DNA of 64,000 nucleotides from Neoechinorhynchus agilis. Its lineage: Eukaryota > Animalia > Acanthocephala. The stretch lies in NCBI GenBank assembly GCA_051530055.1, contig CM121341.1, positions 15,664,784 through 15,728,783 on the forward strand, in the 5' to 3' direction. Below the pieces are notes generated by a model. The model searched no databases, was not told the DNA's origin, and was given only the letters and a program-made list of their open reading frames with translations. Shown piece after piece: positions 34,733 to 49,796 of the stretch (its first letter is position 1; every line of letters begins with the position of its first letter). The position numbers and the translations under genes were made by a program.

Positions 34733-36360
34733 CTATCTTTGCTGAAGGTGCCTGGATGTCGGATGTTGAGGCAGGGAGGTGGAACTTGTCTTTGAAGGAG
34801 TTTTACAGGAGAATGACCGATTGGGAGTATTTCCTTGTTCTCCGGTTGTTAAGGAAAGATTGGGCTTGGGGGAAGGAAGATTTCTGGTAGAGGGTGGTAC
34901 GAGCGAGGGGGGATGAAAAGGGTTGGGATTACGGGTGTTTACGAGGGAAGAGTATTTAGAGATGAGGGAAGAAAATTGTAGAGGGTGTTGAAGAAGACGG
35001 AGGGCGTTCTGGGAGAAAATGGAGTGGAGGTGGGCGTCGAGGGGAGGGAGTGAAGTCCCGCATATTCTCGCTGCTCTCTTGTGGAAGGTTTCGAGGGAAT
35101 GGAGAGCATTGGCGGAAACGGCGAGGAAAGTGGGGAAGGCGTATGTAAGGATAGGGAGGATAGCAGAGAGATAAAAGTGGGCAAGGTGTTTAGGGGATAC
35201 GCCGAGACGCGGAAGGAGTTTGAGGAGGTAAAGACGAGGGTTTGTTTTAGAGAGTGTAAATGAAATGTGGGCATCCCATTTAAGGTTTTCTTGTAAAATC
35301 AGGCCCAGTATTCGGAGAGAAGAGGAGCGTTGGATGGGGAGAGGGAGAGGCGCGGGGATAAGATTGCGTTTGGAAATGTGGGGGACAAGCTCAAAAGATT
35401 TGGATAAATTTAGGGAGAGGATTAGGGTGGAGAGCAAGAAAATGAGATGGTTGAGCTCGTCCATGGTTGTGGAGAGGGAGAGAGAGGGAGATGGGATGGT
35501 AATGACTGTGAGGTCATCGGCATAGAGAAAATGTTTGGTAGGGGTAGTGAGGGAATGAGGGTATCTAAGCTGCGCACAAGCGTATCGTAGATGCAGAGGA
35601 GGGCATCAGAACAAGAGTAATTGGGACGGAAAGCGAATTGGGAAGGGGAGATGTTTTTGAGGAAGAAGGGAGGTAGGCGGATTTTAATACATTTTTCTAA
35701 GATTTTAGAGAAAGGTGAGAGGATAGAGATGGGACGAAAGGACGTGGGGAGAAATCGGCTTATCGTTTTTGGGCAGGGGGACGACACGGGCTTCCTTAAG
35801 ACACGATGGGAAAGAGCCCAATAGAAAGCTAAGGTTCGTTATTTGCGTTAGAGGATCGATAAGTTCCGGGATGATGAAACGAGTGGCCCAATTTGGGATA
35901 GTCGAATTGGGGGAAGAATGGCGGGACAGGCGTTTAAGGATCTCTAGGATTTCGAGAGGGGAAACCAAGGAAGGGCATGTATGAATGGACGGGTCCGAAA
36001 GTGAGAAGGGAGGTTGGAACAATGGAGAGGAGGTTTGGGGAGGTCAAAGGTTTTTATTCATGGTGTTGAGGATTGAGAGGAGATCAGATTTGGGGAGAGA
36101 TGCGAAGGGGGTTGATCCACCAAAACCAGTGGCATTTTTTATTTCACGCCACCAGTTTCGATTGGGAACGGACGACATGAGATGAATACTTTGCGGGCTA
36201 TACGGATGCGTTTTGTCAGTGTGGAGTGGAGGGAGGGGTAAGCAAGATTATCTGAACGGAAAGCTTTGGGGACCTGCATTTGAAGGGTTTTTAGAAAAGG
36301 CGAGAATGATTCCTTGAAGAAAATTCATATTGGTGGTGGTCAAAGGCAAGCTCTTGTAAA
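34733..36360 (-). mobile_element. APE-type LINE, RT region with deletions and frameshifts
   Basis: KEARVVPLPK, FRPISILSPFSKILEK, QFAFRP..SCSDAL, LRILGLIL..NLKWDAHI. Confidence 0.88.
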
Positions 36361-36798
36361 TTTTTCGAACTAGTAAATTCCGTAGATGAGCTGGAATATC
36401 TAAGCTCCGCATCTATGTTTTGAGTAGATTGTTCGATTCTTTTTACGGCCGAGGACGTACGACTAAAGTGGACGAAATACCACTGAATGGAAGAAACTCA
36501 TTGACGAGTTTAGCCGTATCCGGAAGGATGTACAGTCATTCACCTGTACGATTATGGGTATTTTTCGCAGATCAGCGCTTCATAGAGCAAATAATTAGTC
36601 CATTCGCCAACATCATTCATGTAAATGGTTTGAATGACTTCAATTATTCTAAAGCTTCAACGGCTGAGCCACACATATGCTAATAATGGTTTGACAGCGT
36701 CAACCGCGATTAAATTCTGCCAAGGATTTCGACCGCTTTTTAATTTTCATGAACTCCTTATCGAGGATTGCAATCGGGTGGTTAGATATGTATTTTTG

Positions 36799-37204
36799 TT
36801 TAGGTCGCTTGTCGACACCCGAGAAGAGGGATCACTTTAAAGACTAATTTATATATTTCGACCGCTTGAATCAATCATTATCAATTCAATCTAAAAAATT
36901 TCATGGGAATTTTCGCGAGAATGACCTAAACGACAAAAATATCTCTAACCCGAATGTAATCATCAATAACGAATATCAATTGATGAGCAATTTTGCCTTG
37001 ATTTTCGAGCAAATTAAAACGCAGTCTAAATCCTTGGCCGAATTTAATCGCGAGTGCGGATTTAGTGCCGACGTACTTGATTATTCAAGTGCGAATGAAA
37101 CACTTTAACAATCGAATTGATAGCATGAATGATTCAACCGGTCGAAATATAAAAATTCGTCTTTAATGCGATCCGTGTTCTCGGGTGTTGACAAGCGACT
37201 TAAA
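36799..37204. mobile_element. MITE family D, long copy
   Basis: TIR tttaggtcgcttgtcgacacccgagaa / ttctcgggtgttgacaagcgacttaaa. Confidence 0.8.
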
Positions 37205-38179
37205 TAACAATGATATTCTTTTAGTTTTCTTGCACAAAGGCGAAAAAAATCTATTTCTTAATAAAATACTGAAAAAGATCACAAAATAAATATACGCTTC
37301 TGAATATCATTTAGGAATTCTCGCACTATTTTGGTTCACAAATATTTATTCCGACCACATTCTTTGAGAAAGAGAAGTAATTTCGACTTTTTTTCGACAA
37401 TTAAGAGTTATCACCTGACCTAAAACGGACCCTTTCGGTCATTAAATATGTTGCTTCGAGAACATCTCGGAAGTTCTGAATTCCACTTTCATAGACATCG
37501 AAGGCAATAATTGATCTTGTTTAATCTCCGTTTCATTCACCAAAGCGTGAAAGAATACGAAATCACCGATGAATCATTTTTTTATCCACATTTAGATAGT
37601 TGCTATGATGACAGAATCATGTTTGGATAAGCAAAGCCGATTGCTTTACGACGGCCCTCCAGGATTCACATCACTTCTTTTAGCCGATATTGGTGACATG
37701 TTCCAAGGTTTTTGGTGCTTGTTCGCTCCAATCGTATGCTCAATCTTCGACCATGTAAGGAGATTTTTTACACTTTTGCTAGGATTTTCCAATCTTATAA
37801 AAGAGGACACGAGTGCATTGTTGCTAATTGCTTTCACGGGATTTTTGGCATTGGCAAACACAATAATCGAACGCGATTACGGCGAATTGATTGCTGTTTA
37901 TGGTGAAGATTAATGTAACAATAAATTGTAAATCATTTCTCGTGAAGTTGAGACTCGATTGGAGGATTTTAAAAGAACGCTGGTTAGAATCCTGATATGT
38001 CCTGAAGCAAAATAAACAATGTTTTAGAAACTATTCGAAAAAAAGAGTACCCGAACTTATGATAAATGCCATTTCGTGTTGTTTAGATTGTCCGCGGATT
38101 ACACTTAAATTACTTTTAAGTCATAAAACTGCGCTTTTTCCGAATTAAATTGTTTGTGATGAATATAGAATTCGCAATA

Positions 38180-39410
38180 ATCCTTTCTCCCTCCGTTGCT
38201 CCTCAGCTTGTCCGGTCATCCTCCTTTACGGTCTGGGATAAGAGTGATCAAAATATATTCGCATTTACTAAATTAGTCTCACGTAATCTATCTTCACACA
38301 GAAAATCTCACTAATATACTCTCTTCTTGCATGACAACATCTATTCCGAGGAAAACCATTCGCCTTGCCAACCGAGACCCACCTTGGATGTCCCCTTTCT
38401 TGAAAATGCTTCAAATAAAGGCGAATAAAGGTTACCACGCATGCAATCCTGATTTCCCCCGCCTTCAATCCACCCTTGCTCATCACATTCTCAATTCGCG
38501 CACGACCTTTCGTGCACATAAACTCGCCTCCTCTCCCACTCACCTCAGGTGGAAAAACACGAAAAGTGCCCTAAGCATAGAAAGACAAAAACCCTTCTCT
38601 AACCTATCAAACTCCGACCTCCTTGCTACACTAAATTCTATCAATGCGCAACTTTTTGACTTTCACTAAAACGCGAAAAAACAATCATCCCCTTCCCGAA
38701 TTACGCCACCGTACTCAGCTTTTACAGCTTCACCTCTGCACAAAGGGTCCATTAAATTATATCTTCCTAAACGTCTCCGATTCCTTGGAATGCCGCACAG
38801 AGATCTTATGCATTTTTATATTTCAACATCCTACCAACGCTCACCTATGCATACGCAACTCTTTGCAATTTTTTATTATATATTCCAAAAACTCAATACC
38901 TTTCACAAGAGATGGCTCTAATCTTTTGCACCGAACTCCTGCCCTTAGAAGAACACCTTTCTCTAATCTTTCATAAGCACTCAAAGCGCCTCCATTCTCT
39001 TCCGATTCAATTTCTACCACACATTTCTCCCTTTACTCACATTTACAGCACTCGTCGCCCCAACATTTTCCATCCCTCAATTCCTCGCACAAATCTGTAC
39101 CTCCGCTCTTCCCCACTGCTCAATCTTCCAAATGCGAATTGATTCGGAGGAAAGAACGGAAGACAACAACTAATAATTAACCAACCAAAATCTCCCACAA
39201 ACAATAATCACCAATTCCCATACGAGCGGACGTCCTCCTGACCGGATATTAACGTAAGAACGGGTATCCCTCGATCGGATATTCCCACCCGACCGAATCC
39301 TTAGTCCTCTTCAAAATAAGCAACCGCACTCGTTTGACAAATCAAAACTCGAGTGCTCATGAGGACCGAGAGGTAGATGGTTCCCCTGTTTGTATCAATA
39401 AAATGTGTTA
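38180..39410 (+). mobile_element. APE-type LINE mosaic fragment
   Basis: Shares ~400 bp with 31655-32130 in reverse, followed by a C-rich 3' region. Confidence 0.7.
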
Positions 39411-39536
39411 TTATTAAGTTAAAACCATTTGATGATGATATTTCCTACCATTGTAATTATGCATAGCCATCATAACTATAACGTTACTATGGAAACAAAT
39501 CGAGATTAAAGAACATTCTATTTTTCTAAAGTAATT

Positions 39537-39899
39537 ATGGTAAGTGTAAAATCATTGCAAATTACGGCGGCTGGATTGTTGGCTATATTCTTCGTTGTTC
39601 ACGTCATTTTACTATATGGCGATTTACATCTTGTTCAGCAAGATCGGGCTATTTGTATGGAGAAAAGTAGCGGATTGGAGTGGTGCAAAAAGCAGCCGTT
39701 ACGCCTGATGATGATTGATGGACGGAGCGAAAGGAAGTGGTTGACCCGTTTGGGGCGATCGCTCTCGTCAAGTCTTTTCAGCTCGTGCCAAAAGTACATG
39801 AGCTGTTTTCGTATATTTGATTTGATTCTACTTGGACAACTGATGTTAGGAACATTAATTATGGCGCTTGGTGTCCAGTCTTTGATTTATAGACTTTAA
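39537..39899 (+). CDS. Small orphan protein with two hydrophobic segments
   Basis: 120-aa ATG ORF with N- and C-terminal TM-like stretches. No family recognised. Confidence 0.35.
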   Translation: MVSVKSLQITAAGLLAIFFVVHVILLYGDLHLVQQDRAICMEKSSGLEWCKKQPLRLMMIDGRSERKWLTRLGRSLSSSLFSSCQKYMSCFRIFDLILLGQLMLGTLIMALGVQSLIYRL

Positions 39900-40544
39900 G
39901 CAAATCGAATTGAGTGATTGTAACATTAAGTTTTAAAGAACGTTTTTATAAATTTGGTATTTTGCAAATGCTCAATCTTTAACTTATAGACTTAAAGCTA
40001 ATCGAGTGAGAGTAAAGAATAGATTTCAAAAAAATTAATTAATCTTGCTTTTGGTTATTCTCAGTCTAAGATTTATAGACTCTGAACAAATGAAACTAAA
40101 TGATAATGTTAAGCTTTTAAAAAGCATTATATAAATTTCGAGCTTTGGGCATACTTAAAACGCACACAGTCAAATTTTCGAACTTGAACAAGAGTGTGAG
40201 TTTACGCTATTTGCCAATTGTTTTACCCTTTGGAAAGTTTATATTACAACAAAATGCAATGAACGGATAGACTGAAGTGAGCTTTACGCATAGTGTTTCT
40301 GCATACACTCACTTTTCTAAAATTTATTCCGTTCCTGCATAAATAAGATACTTGATTTCAAAACGACTAAAAATACTTAACAAGAAATTCAACTTAGAAG
40401 TTGAGATTAAATCCGAATACTCTTGCTTATCCCGGAGTGTTGTAAGTATTTTTTGTCCATCGACAATCATAAATACTGTTTTAAACCGTTACTCCAAATT
40501 TACAACCAGGTTTATCTTCCGCGTTTGAACATTCGTTCTTTTCA

Positions 40545-41474
<930 letters not shown>

Positions 41475-43039
41475 TTAAGTGATGGAAACTAATTCGCAAT
41501 CTAGAATTCGAAGAAAACAGAACATTGCCGCTAGTGTATATTACGTTTGCTTTATTCTCGATTGATTTTCGCATAAACAAACGATGTGGCTGGAGAATGG
41601 CATAAAAGACAACTAAATTGAGCAAACATCAAATTTCGCGAATCTCCACTAATGTCAATCGCAAAACAGTTTCGGCTATAAAATAATTGTTTGTAATTAA
41701 AAAACGCCGTACTTAAAAGACTCATCAAAATGTTAAGTACTTCGGCGTTCTCTACCAAAACGAATGAGCAATATAAAAATGAAGCACATTTAAATCATAT
41801 CATCCTTTCCCTTGCCCAACGAATTTCCTAACACATCAACATGGATCCCATCAATAAATACGTCAGTTCGGCTCAAATCTACAAAGGTGAATAGTTGGAA
41901 AACGTCGCTAAGATTTGTTGCTGAAAGATGAATTTTTTGAAATACGCAAAGGGAGAAATACGAAAACTGTGAGATAAAGGAACTTGGTCGATATTTAATA
42001 GAGCAGATACGATTGGAATGTGAACATACATGGGAGAAGATCGATGAGCGATGGATAAATGCTCAAGGGAAATCGATGTAGATGAAGAGATAAGGAGGCA
42101 TTGATGGAACAGCGCGATCCAGAGGGAATATATACATATTCAAAATGGTGTTCAAAAGCTGGAAATTGATATTTGCGATTGGGCAGAATAAAAAATGAAA
42201 AAGCGAACTTTTTGAGATACATGAAGGACGAAATTTGAAAAAGTAAGGTGTTTAGAACGGAAATGTGAAACTGGCCGATAACTAGAAAACGTAATAGAGA
42301 AATGTTCAAAATTTGCTTGCTATAACAAGGTCAATTTTTGGAGGTTTTTTTTCATGATCGGCGAATTCGATATGACAGTTCAAAGAATCTGTACAGAAAT
42401 AGATGCGTTCGAAGTTCTTTTAAAGAAGCGAATAGCTTTTCTGAGTTTCAACAAATAATCTGTGACAAGCGTTGTAGATTATTTCCAGATTTTTAGTATT
42501 TATAAACTAATGCGTGGATGTTCGTAAATCTGCGTTAAAGCACGCAAAAAATGTTATCTAGGTTCTTTGTTCAGGTTGTCTTCTGCAATCTTCGTTTTGA
42601 ACATGTGAGTATTCGCGCCACTCATCATCTAATCACGGAACATAAATTAGTCGATTTTGAGAACATCGAATACGAGAGTTGCATTTTCATCTTCTCTAAG
42701 CAGCTACAAATTTACATTTTTTATTCTACTAACGATTGAAACAAAAAACTTCTGAATTCCGAAATCACGCGCCTCTTAACAATATATTCTAAAAACAGTG
42801 AAATTATTGAAATTCTCCAAATTGGTTGCGAGAACCCCACCCATAATCCACATTTAACCCCGCGGAACCATCTTAGTTGATTTGTAGTCTTCTGCAAATC
42901 ATTAATGAAATTCTTCCGTTTAGAGACTAGAATAGTGTTTTGGTGTCAGATGGAATGCATCGACTAAGGAAATTGAAACCATTGACCGCTATAGTTTACT
43001 TCATTTTATATCGCTGATAACCTAGAATTTGATAGGTGC

Positions 43040-43340
43040 TCCCTTTCTTCAACCGAAAAAGAAACCTGAACTAATCAAACGGGGAAATGAACTCATTCGT
43101 TCATTATATAATGAAAGTCATGATGACAGTTTAACTGGTAAGTATTTGCTTTACATGGCAATCGCTGAAGCTAAACTCGGATTTCCGGAGAAAGCCATCC
43201 GATTTGGTGATGCAAGAAATGAAAAAACGTGAGGAATCTGCTGCTCCACTTGCCGGAGTGGTCGCCGGTGGTTTAATTTTAGCCGTAACATTGTTGGGAG
43301 CAGCGATCGTCGAACTCTTCACTTTTGGAAATAAAATCGT
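43040..43340 (+). pseudogene. Fis1 3' paralogous fragment
   Basis: LQPKKKPELIKRGNELIRSLYNESHD identical to Fis1, then divergent and internally deleted. Confidence 0.8.
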
Positions 43341-43498
43341 GTTGTTGAATGAAAAGTAAGGTACTTAATATCCTTGATCTTATGGGTTTATAAAAAATAT
43401 GATAAGAAGGACTAGTAGCAAGGCCTTCTATGGAAGGAAAATAGTGTGCCAGAAGCTTCATAGCTGCAAGATTCGTTGAAAATGAATTATTTACTGCA

Positions 43499-43830
43499 AT
43501 GAACAATTTGATAAAAGGAGCTGCATATAAAGACCTTGATTCTTGTATCTACACCATAAAAGCTAAACCACTAAGCTCCGTTGAGAAGAAACGAGATGGA
43601 CATGAAAGCGAAGGTGTGGTGTATAGAATTCCTTGCACTGAATGCAGTAAATCCTTTGTAGGCCAAACAAATAATTTGGAAAGAGGAACCAAAGAACAGA
43701 AACGTGCTCTGAGGAGAGGTACCGATGCCAATTCCGCGATACTCAACCATTTTGCGTAACAAGGCCACGTCGTGGAGATTGAAAATGCCACTATTTTGAC
43801 GCGAAGTGAATTCAAATGGGATCGCGTTAT
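43499..43830 (+). mobile_element. Penelope-like element GIY-YIG fragment
   Basis: GVVYRIPCTECSKSFVGQT...EQKR...SAILNH. Confidence 0.8.
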
Positions 43831-44688
43831 AATTAAAGCCAGATTTATACGCCATGTTGAAGCAGTTGAATGGGAATAAGACGTACTTTAAACTGAATTT
43901 AAATACAGTGCGAATTTCTTTAATAAGGGTACGAAATTGTGCCGAAATATCGGATTTATTAAATTCTTTTAATTTTCCGCCATATAAAAACACGAAAAAT
44001 TCAGTATCCAAACGTATCGGTTATCCGTTGACTGATCGGAATTTCATCAAATGGCGTAATTTTTGGAAATTTTTAGTGCTGAAGAGTATTGAGTTTAAGT
44101 TTACTTTTGCGAAAGCAAACTGAAATTTATTTTTTTATTAATTATCCAAACTCCTGAAGTTTTTTGCAAACTTATTAACCAAAGATTTAAGGCTAATCTT
44201 TATTTTTTGAAACATTCACTTAGAATATCATTTAGTCTGATTGCAGAAAAGGTCATCAGCGACTAAACGAATATGATGATGAGAAGTAAAAAGTGTGCCG
44301 GTGGCGGTATAATATCTGCGATGTCACAGGTGGATGCACCCATTCATCTGAATCTTCTCTATCTTAGTACCCGCAATCGCATTTGAAGTGTTTCATGAAC
44401 AGCGACGCAAAGTTGAACAGCAAGATGCATAATTTATGCACAGCACTCGTGTTCCGCGGTAGATTGCCTCTTGCTGCAATGACAAGAATATCCCATGCTG
44501 GAGTAGCTTGTGCCATACATTGACTATCGGAATGAGAGGAAAGGTGTTTTCTTTGCAATTTGATACGTTGGCACCGAGACGATCGTTATGATAATTTTGG
44601 CGGGAATAAAAGACAGCTCTCAATGAATGGATGCCAGAATCAACAACGCTAAGAATCTTCACTCCTTTTCTCGCTTCTCAACATCACA

Positions 44689-45024
44689 ATGCCCTTCCAA
44701 ATGGCCGAATCTGAACACTGCCCGCGATGCGACAAACCCGTCTTCTTCGCCGAGGAAATGAATGTGGCCGGCAAAAAATGGCATAAAACCTGCTATAAAT
44801 GCGGACTATGCAAACGTTCTCTCGAATCGACTACCTTGGCCGTGTTTGAAAGCAACATTTTTTGCAAACGCTGTTATGCTCGAAAATACGGCCCCAAAGG
44901 CTATGGATTCGGTGTCGGTGCTGGTGTGCTCGGCATGGACTCTGGTGAACATCTTGGAAACAAAGAAAGTACAATGAGCACTCGGGCTCATGAATATGTG
45001 CCAGGAGCCGAAGGAGCTCAGTAA
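44689..45024 (+). CDS. Single-LIM CRP/MLP-family protein (Mlp60A-like), copy 1
   Basis: C-x2-C...WHKTC.KC..C...C..C LIM domain plus the Gly-rich KYGPKGYGFG motif. Confidence 0.9.
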   Translation: MPFQMAESEHCPRCDKPVFFAEEMNVAGKKWHKTCYKCGLCKRSLESTTLAVFESNIFCKRCYARKYGPKGYGFGVGAGVLGMDSGEHLGNKESTMSTRAHEYVPGAEGAQ

Positions 45025-46518
45025 AAGATCGATTGCTGCTGGTTAAGTGATAAACTTCTTTTGTTAGATGAACCTCTCACAGAAATGTAGATGGATACTT
45101 TGACGTTTACTAGATACGACGATTAAATATTTTTTAACTTCGGTAGTTGTGAAAATGCGAGGAAGCAATGTACTTCTGGAAATCCTGCAAGCTATCTAAG
45201 GTTTTTATACCGAATTAATTCAAAATGGTAAAAATACAACTTTATGCAATTCTCATGGCATTTCTCGTTTAAGCTGCTCTGATGTTCCAAAAAATATAAC
45301 ATTGAACGATTTAAAATCTTTATACAAACTTACCGATTATCGCCCTAGACATTATGTGAAAAAACTACTAATTAGAAAACACGAATTGTCACGCATGCAA
45401 TGGATTTCACTATGACGCTTCGTAGACAAAATCCTTAAGATAAGTAAAGCAATGAAACTTTCAATAAATTTTAGTTTGATATTCAAGTATTCTTAAAAGC
45501 GCGTTCTTTTTGGCATTTTAGTTTCATGGATTCTAACTGTTCATAAGACGGTAAATTTCCAAGCCGGATAATAACTCTCCGAAAAAGAAACTAGTTTTTG
45601 TTTTAAAATGTCGACCATAAGTCGCATGTAGTCTCATTAATTGTCAATAATAGTCGATGTACTATCGTATATCAATGTAAATTGTTCCGATTTTCATTGG
45701 TGGTTCTAAGGTTTTGAACAATTTTTATATAACAAAATTAAAAAAGTTGACAGTAACGCATGGGCGAACAAATTGTTTCTACAACCTTGTTGATGAAAAA
45801 TTGTCTTGCAATTATGTAGAAAGTACTTTTGATTTCTGTTTAAAAAATCATTTTAAGTTGATATCAAAAACATCAATTAATTTCAAAAACTCCACTGTCA
45901 AATCATTCACATCATCGCTCTGGATCACTCAGCTGCCGCCCTGGTTGTGAGGTATTAATTTGTATACCGATACTTAAGGGTCAGAATTTCTCTAGATAAA
46001 AACCAAGAAAATTGTACTACAATTCTGGCCATTGTAGAAATAAGGTGAACATTCAAATGCTTATATAGAAACTAACTACCATTAAAAAAACTTATACTCG
46101 ACATACAAAACTAATATTCCCTTTGAACTATCCAATAGAGTTATCACAAGGAATTCAAAGCTCCATACAACACGCATTGAACAAAAACCCGTGATGGAGT
46201 ATAATATCATTTTATGGATTAAAATGCAAACACTATTCGAAAAATTCCCATTGAAGCAAACAAAATGTGTTGCGATTAACAATTAAATGTTTTGGTTTTC
46301 GCTGTAAAGAGTAAAATGGTCGAAGAATGTTGGATATATTTAGTTTAACAATAATCATTAATAATCCTTCAAAATAACATATTAATTCAGTACCATGAAG
46401 AAGTATGAATCGACAAATTAAGCGCAAGATAGAAGCTTTTGCAGGATAAATTTGACTATTGAATAAGCTGAAAACCGGTAGTTGTCGAAGTAAATAATAT
46501 TTTGTAAAAAGATTTAAT

Positions 46519-49500
46519 TTATTCGCGGTGGTATCTTTCGTTCACGATCAGGCTTACCAATGACGTCCATCCGGTAAAAGGTTTCCCGAACTTCCCTTCT
46601 CCTGTTTGATCATCATACTGCTCAAATAAAAATCCAGTCTTTACGAATTGTTCATGAATATTGAAAAGGAGCTTTTGCCGTACACGTGTATAAACCTCTT
46701 TTAGTCTCACTTTTAAATCTTTACTAAGACTGTAGGGTTCATTTATATATTGATAGAATGAACGAAGGAACATATAGTTCATATGAGGCCAGATTGCACC
46801 TCGCCAATAAGGTGGATCATCTGGGGTATTTCGAGCTTGGTAAAAAGATGAATTGGGAGATAACGAGCGAAGACCATAATCCGAGATCAAATGATACTTG
46901 TCGATCAAGTCCATTGCGGCATTAAGTCTACTTTCCAATAAACATTACGTAATTATTGACTATTACAGACGCCGGATATCAATAATTCCGCACTTGGGTT
47001 TTAAATCAGAGTTTTGAGGTTCAATAATCTGAAGCATTATCGGAAATAAATTCACGTATCCGAAATGTTTATCAATAAATTGGAGGCTAAAAGGCTGCCC
47101 GCTCAATTGTCGCCTGCAAGTACCTCTTTGCTGATTTGTCTGCTGATCAATCACGACTCCCTCGACTAGATTGAGATCTTCTGTATGAACTCCATAATCC
47201 GCATACATTTCCCCTGTCCAATGCAATGAATTGAGTAATCCGATGAGTCGCATGTACTCGTTTTTAAACATTATGCTGTCTTCTCCTTCTGAAAGTTTAG
47301 ACAGAATTCGAGCTGCGTAAGTAATCCACGAAAAAAGATCCACGTGGCGTTCATTAAGATCGGAGGGGTGACTTGAACGAGGATAATCATCCAATCCCGA
47401 AGGAAGCGTTGTTGGATTTAAAAGTTCTTTGTACTCGTCGGCAAAACTCTTTCGGCCGCGCCACATATAGGACCCGTCCGGCTGAGACTGTGTTTTATTC
47501 AAGAACATATACCATACTTTCAATCGATCAAATATAGATCGTTTCCATTTAATAATACGCTGCCGATCTTGAGTTTCTTCGATTTTACGCACGAGGTTCA
47601 AAGCGGCGCCCATCCATACCGGTGGATTCGCATGCTTGGAATATTGAATTAGGAATTCGAGCGGAACAAGAATCGATGCCTCATCACCCACTATAAGTTC
47701 TCTTGGAATCCATCCATCCTTGTTCATCAGGTTTACAGTAAGGGATAATCTTACAAAAAGGGTCCGCATTGAAAAAAGGAGATTGAGTCGTTGACTTCAA
47801 CACGTGATTGCATTTTCACTTTCTCAAAGTAATGGAAAATTTAAAAAATAATTTTTTAGGCCATGTCGAAATACAAGTAGAAAAAAAAGGTAATAATTGG
47901 TTTCAAGCGTTTGGCAGCAACAAAGAATTCGTCGTATTTTCCATCAAGAATTATTCTCACGAGGATTCCAGTATGAAGTCACTGTGTTGACTAAAAAGTT
48001 TATTCGCAATGTTCGTTGTGTTCAAAAAGGCTGTTTACCGGTCAACTTTCTCAAAACTAATTGCATTGTATATTGACAAATTATTCACCTCATTAGTCCC
48101 ATATAGAAGATTATCACTTAATAAGTAATTTGAGAGGATTGTAGCGGCGAGTTGATGATCAAATTCCGCAATTACAAAACTATGGAAAGCTTCATCCCAT
48201 AGAAAACCACGAGGAAACTTTGATCTACATGGAGTCGCAGTGAGAAGATTAAATGGACCAAAAGGTTTGAAACCAGATTGGGGCTCCTTGTTATCGGTTT
48301 CGCTGGAGACCATCATCGATCCTGTGAAATAACCAATACCGCCAATCAAATCACTTACAGCTCGTAACACCATAGTTCGATAATCACCAAAACCATACGC
48401 CTCATTAATCTTCCTTTGAAACTCGCTAACTTTTTGTTCAATTTGCACGTCGGCGCCATCATTTAAATCAAGTTTCACATCACAAGGAAACGCAACACAA
48501 GTCACCATGATAACCACATTCTTATGTACATCAGTCTCAGTACCACGGAACTCAATAAATCCTCGTCCTCTAGCCAAATGATCAATTATCTCGTGCTCTG
48601 GTCCGAGCTGGATGTGAGAATCGGTAGCGAAAAGAGAGTATAAGACACGTTGATTAGCTGACATCTTTAATTTAAAATTTTTGAGATCCTTTGTCCAGCC
48701 TTCAATAAACATAAATCGCTTCGACTCACGGATTCGTTTGATCCACCCGTGAGAATCTTGATTTCCGGCAATCCAAATAAGACTCGGATGGCTCGTCGTG
48801 TTGTCCGCTAAAATGCGTACTTTAACCGTCCATGAATGTCCGCCATTCTTAATATATTCTGTCCTTAGAGAAAATGTATTGTCAGCGAGTTCTTGAATTG
48901 CGAGCTCTCGAACATCATGAACAATGTAACCAAAATGCCTTAATCGAAATCTATTTAAATGATCAAGATAATAGTATGAGCAATGGTGAAAACCAAAATA
49001 GATTGCGGACCATTTTGTTATAAATGCTAAAGTAATTAAATCCGGATTATGATCATAAAGTTTAAATTTTTTATAATCGTGACCACCTCAGTGAAAGTTT
49101 TGATTTAGATATCGTGCAATTGTATTAGCCAGAACTGGACTCAAAACCATAAACAGAATTCTCCAAATCGCACTAATCTCCTATTAAAATCGAAGAGCAT
49201 TATTTCTCCAAGGATCTGGTCGACAAAATGAATTTAAGAAAATTCGCATTAATTGAAAGGAATGCGCCACAATTGTTCATATTTTGAACTCTAGCAATAA
49301 AGAGAAGAGCACTATTTGTTGAAGGAATCTATGAACAATAAAACCAAAACTGCCCGAAATTCATAACATTTCTCAAGTACACTTAAATAGATTGCACAGC
49401 ATCATCTCGTAGAGTTGTCTTATACCTGAGATTGAACTTTCCCTGCGTTATGATCTCCAACTGGTCAAACCATGCCAAGTCAATTGTTAAAGGTTCATGG

Positions 49501-49796
49501 TGTTCATCACTGGTCAGATGACTAAGACCAAAAAATAGATGAGGTCGATAGGTGCCCCAGAAAAGACCTTCGTTTCCTTCACTTTTGTATTGAACTTTCG
49601 GAAGGTCAATTAAGCGTGTGATATGTTCAGATTGATCATTAGAATCGCTCATAATTTTGAATGCGGCAAAAGCAACCACTGCAATGACTGATGGAACGAA
49701 AATCATTGTAATGAACCATGCACGCGGTTTACGTTTACCGAGTAGATTTGTCTTCGACTGCGTCCTCAACTTTTTCCCCATTGTCTTATAAAGCAA
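46519..49796 (-). CDS. MOGS: Mannosyl-oligosaccharide glucosidase (GH63), about 5 exons
   Basis: Type II TM, LFWGTYRPHLFFG, PCRSKFPRGFLWDE, GWIPRE, SGLDDYPR, YWRGAIW, FEQYDDQTG, FTGWTSLV. Confidence 0.93.

Noticed and set aside
36420-37913. Possible membrane-protein gene (ORFs 36420-36683 and 37605-37913)
   Set aside because: No recognisable family, interrupted by stops and a MITE. Cannot be supported as a gene
44071-44125. Hammerhead downstream of the 43.5-kb Penelope fragment (CUGAAGA...GC-GAAA-GC)
   Set aside because: Lacks the UH site and has a weak stem II. At best a heavily decayed relic, so not counted
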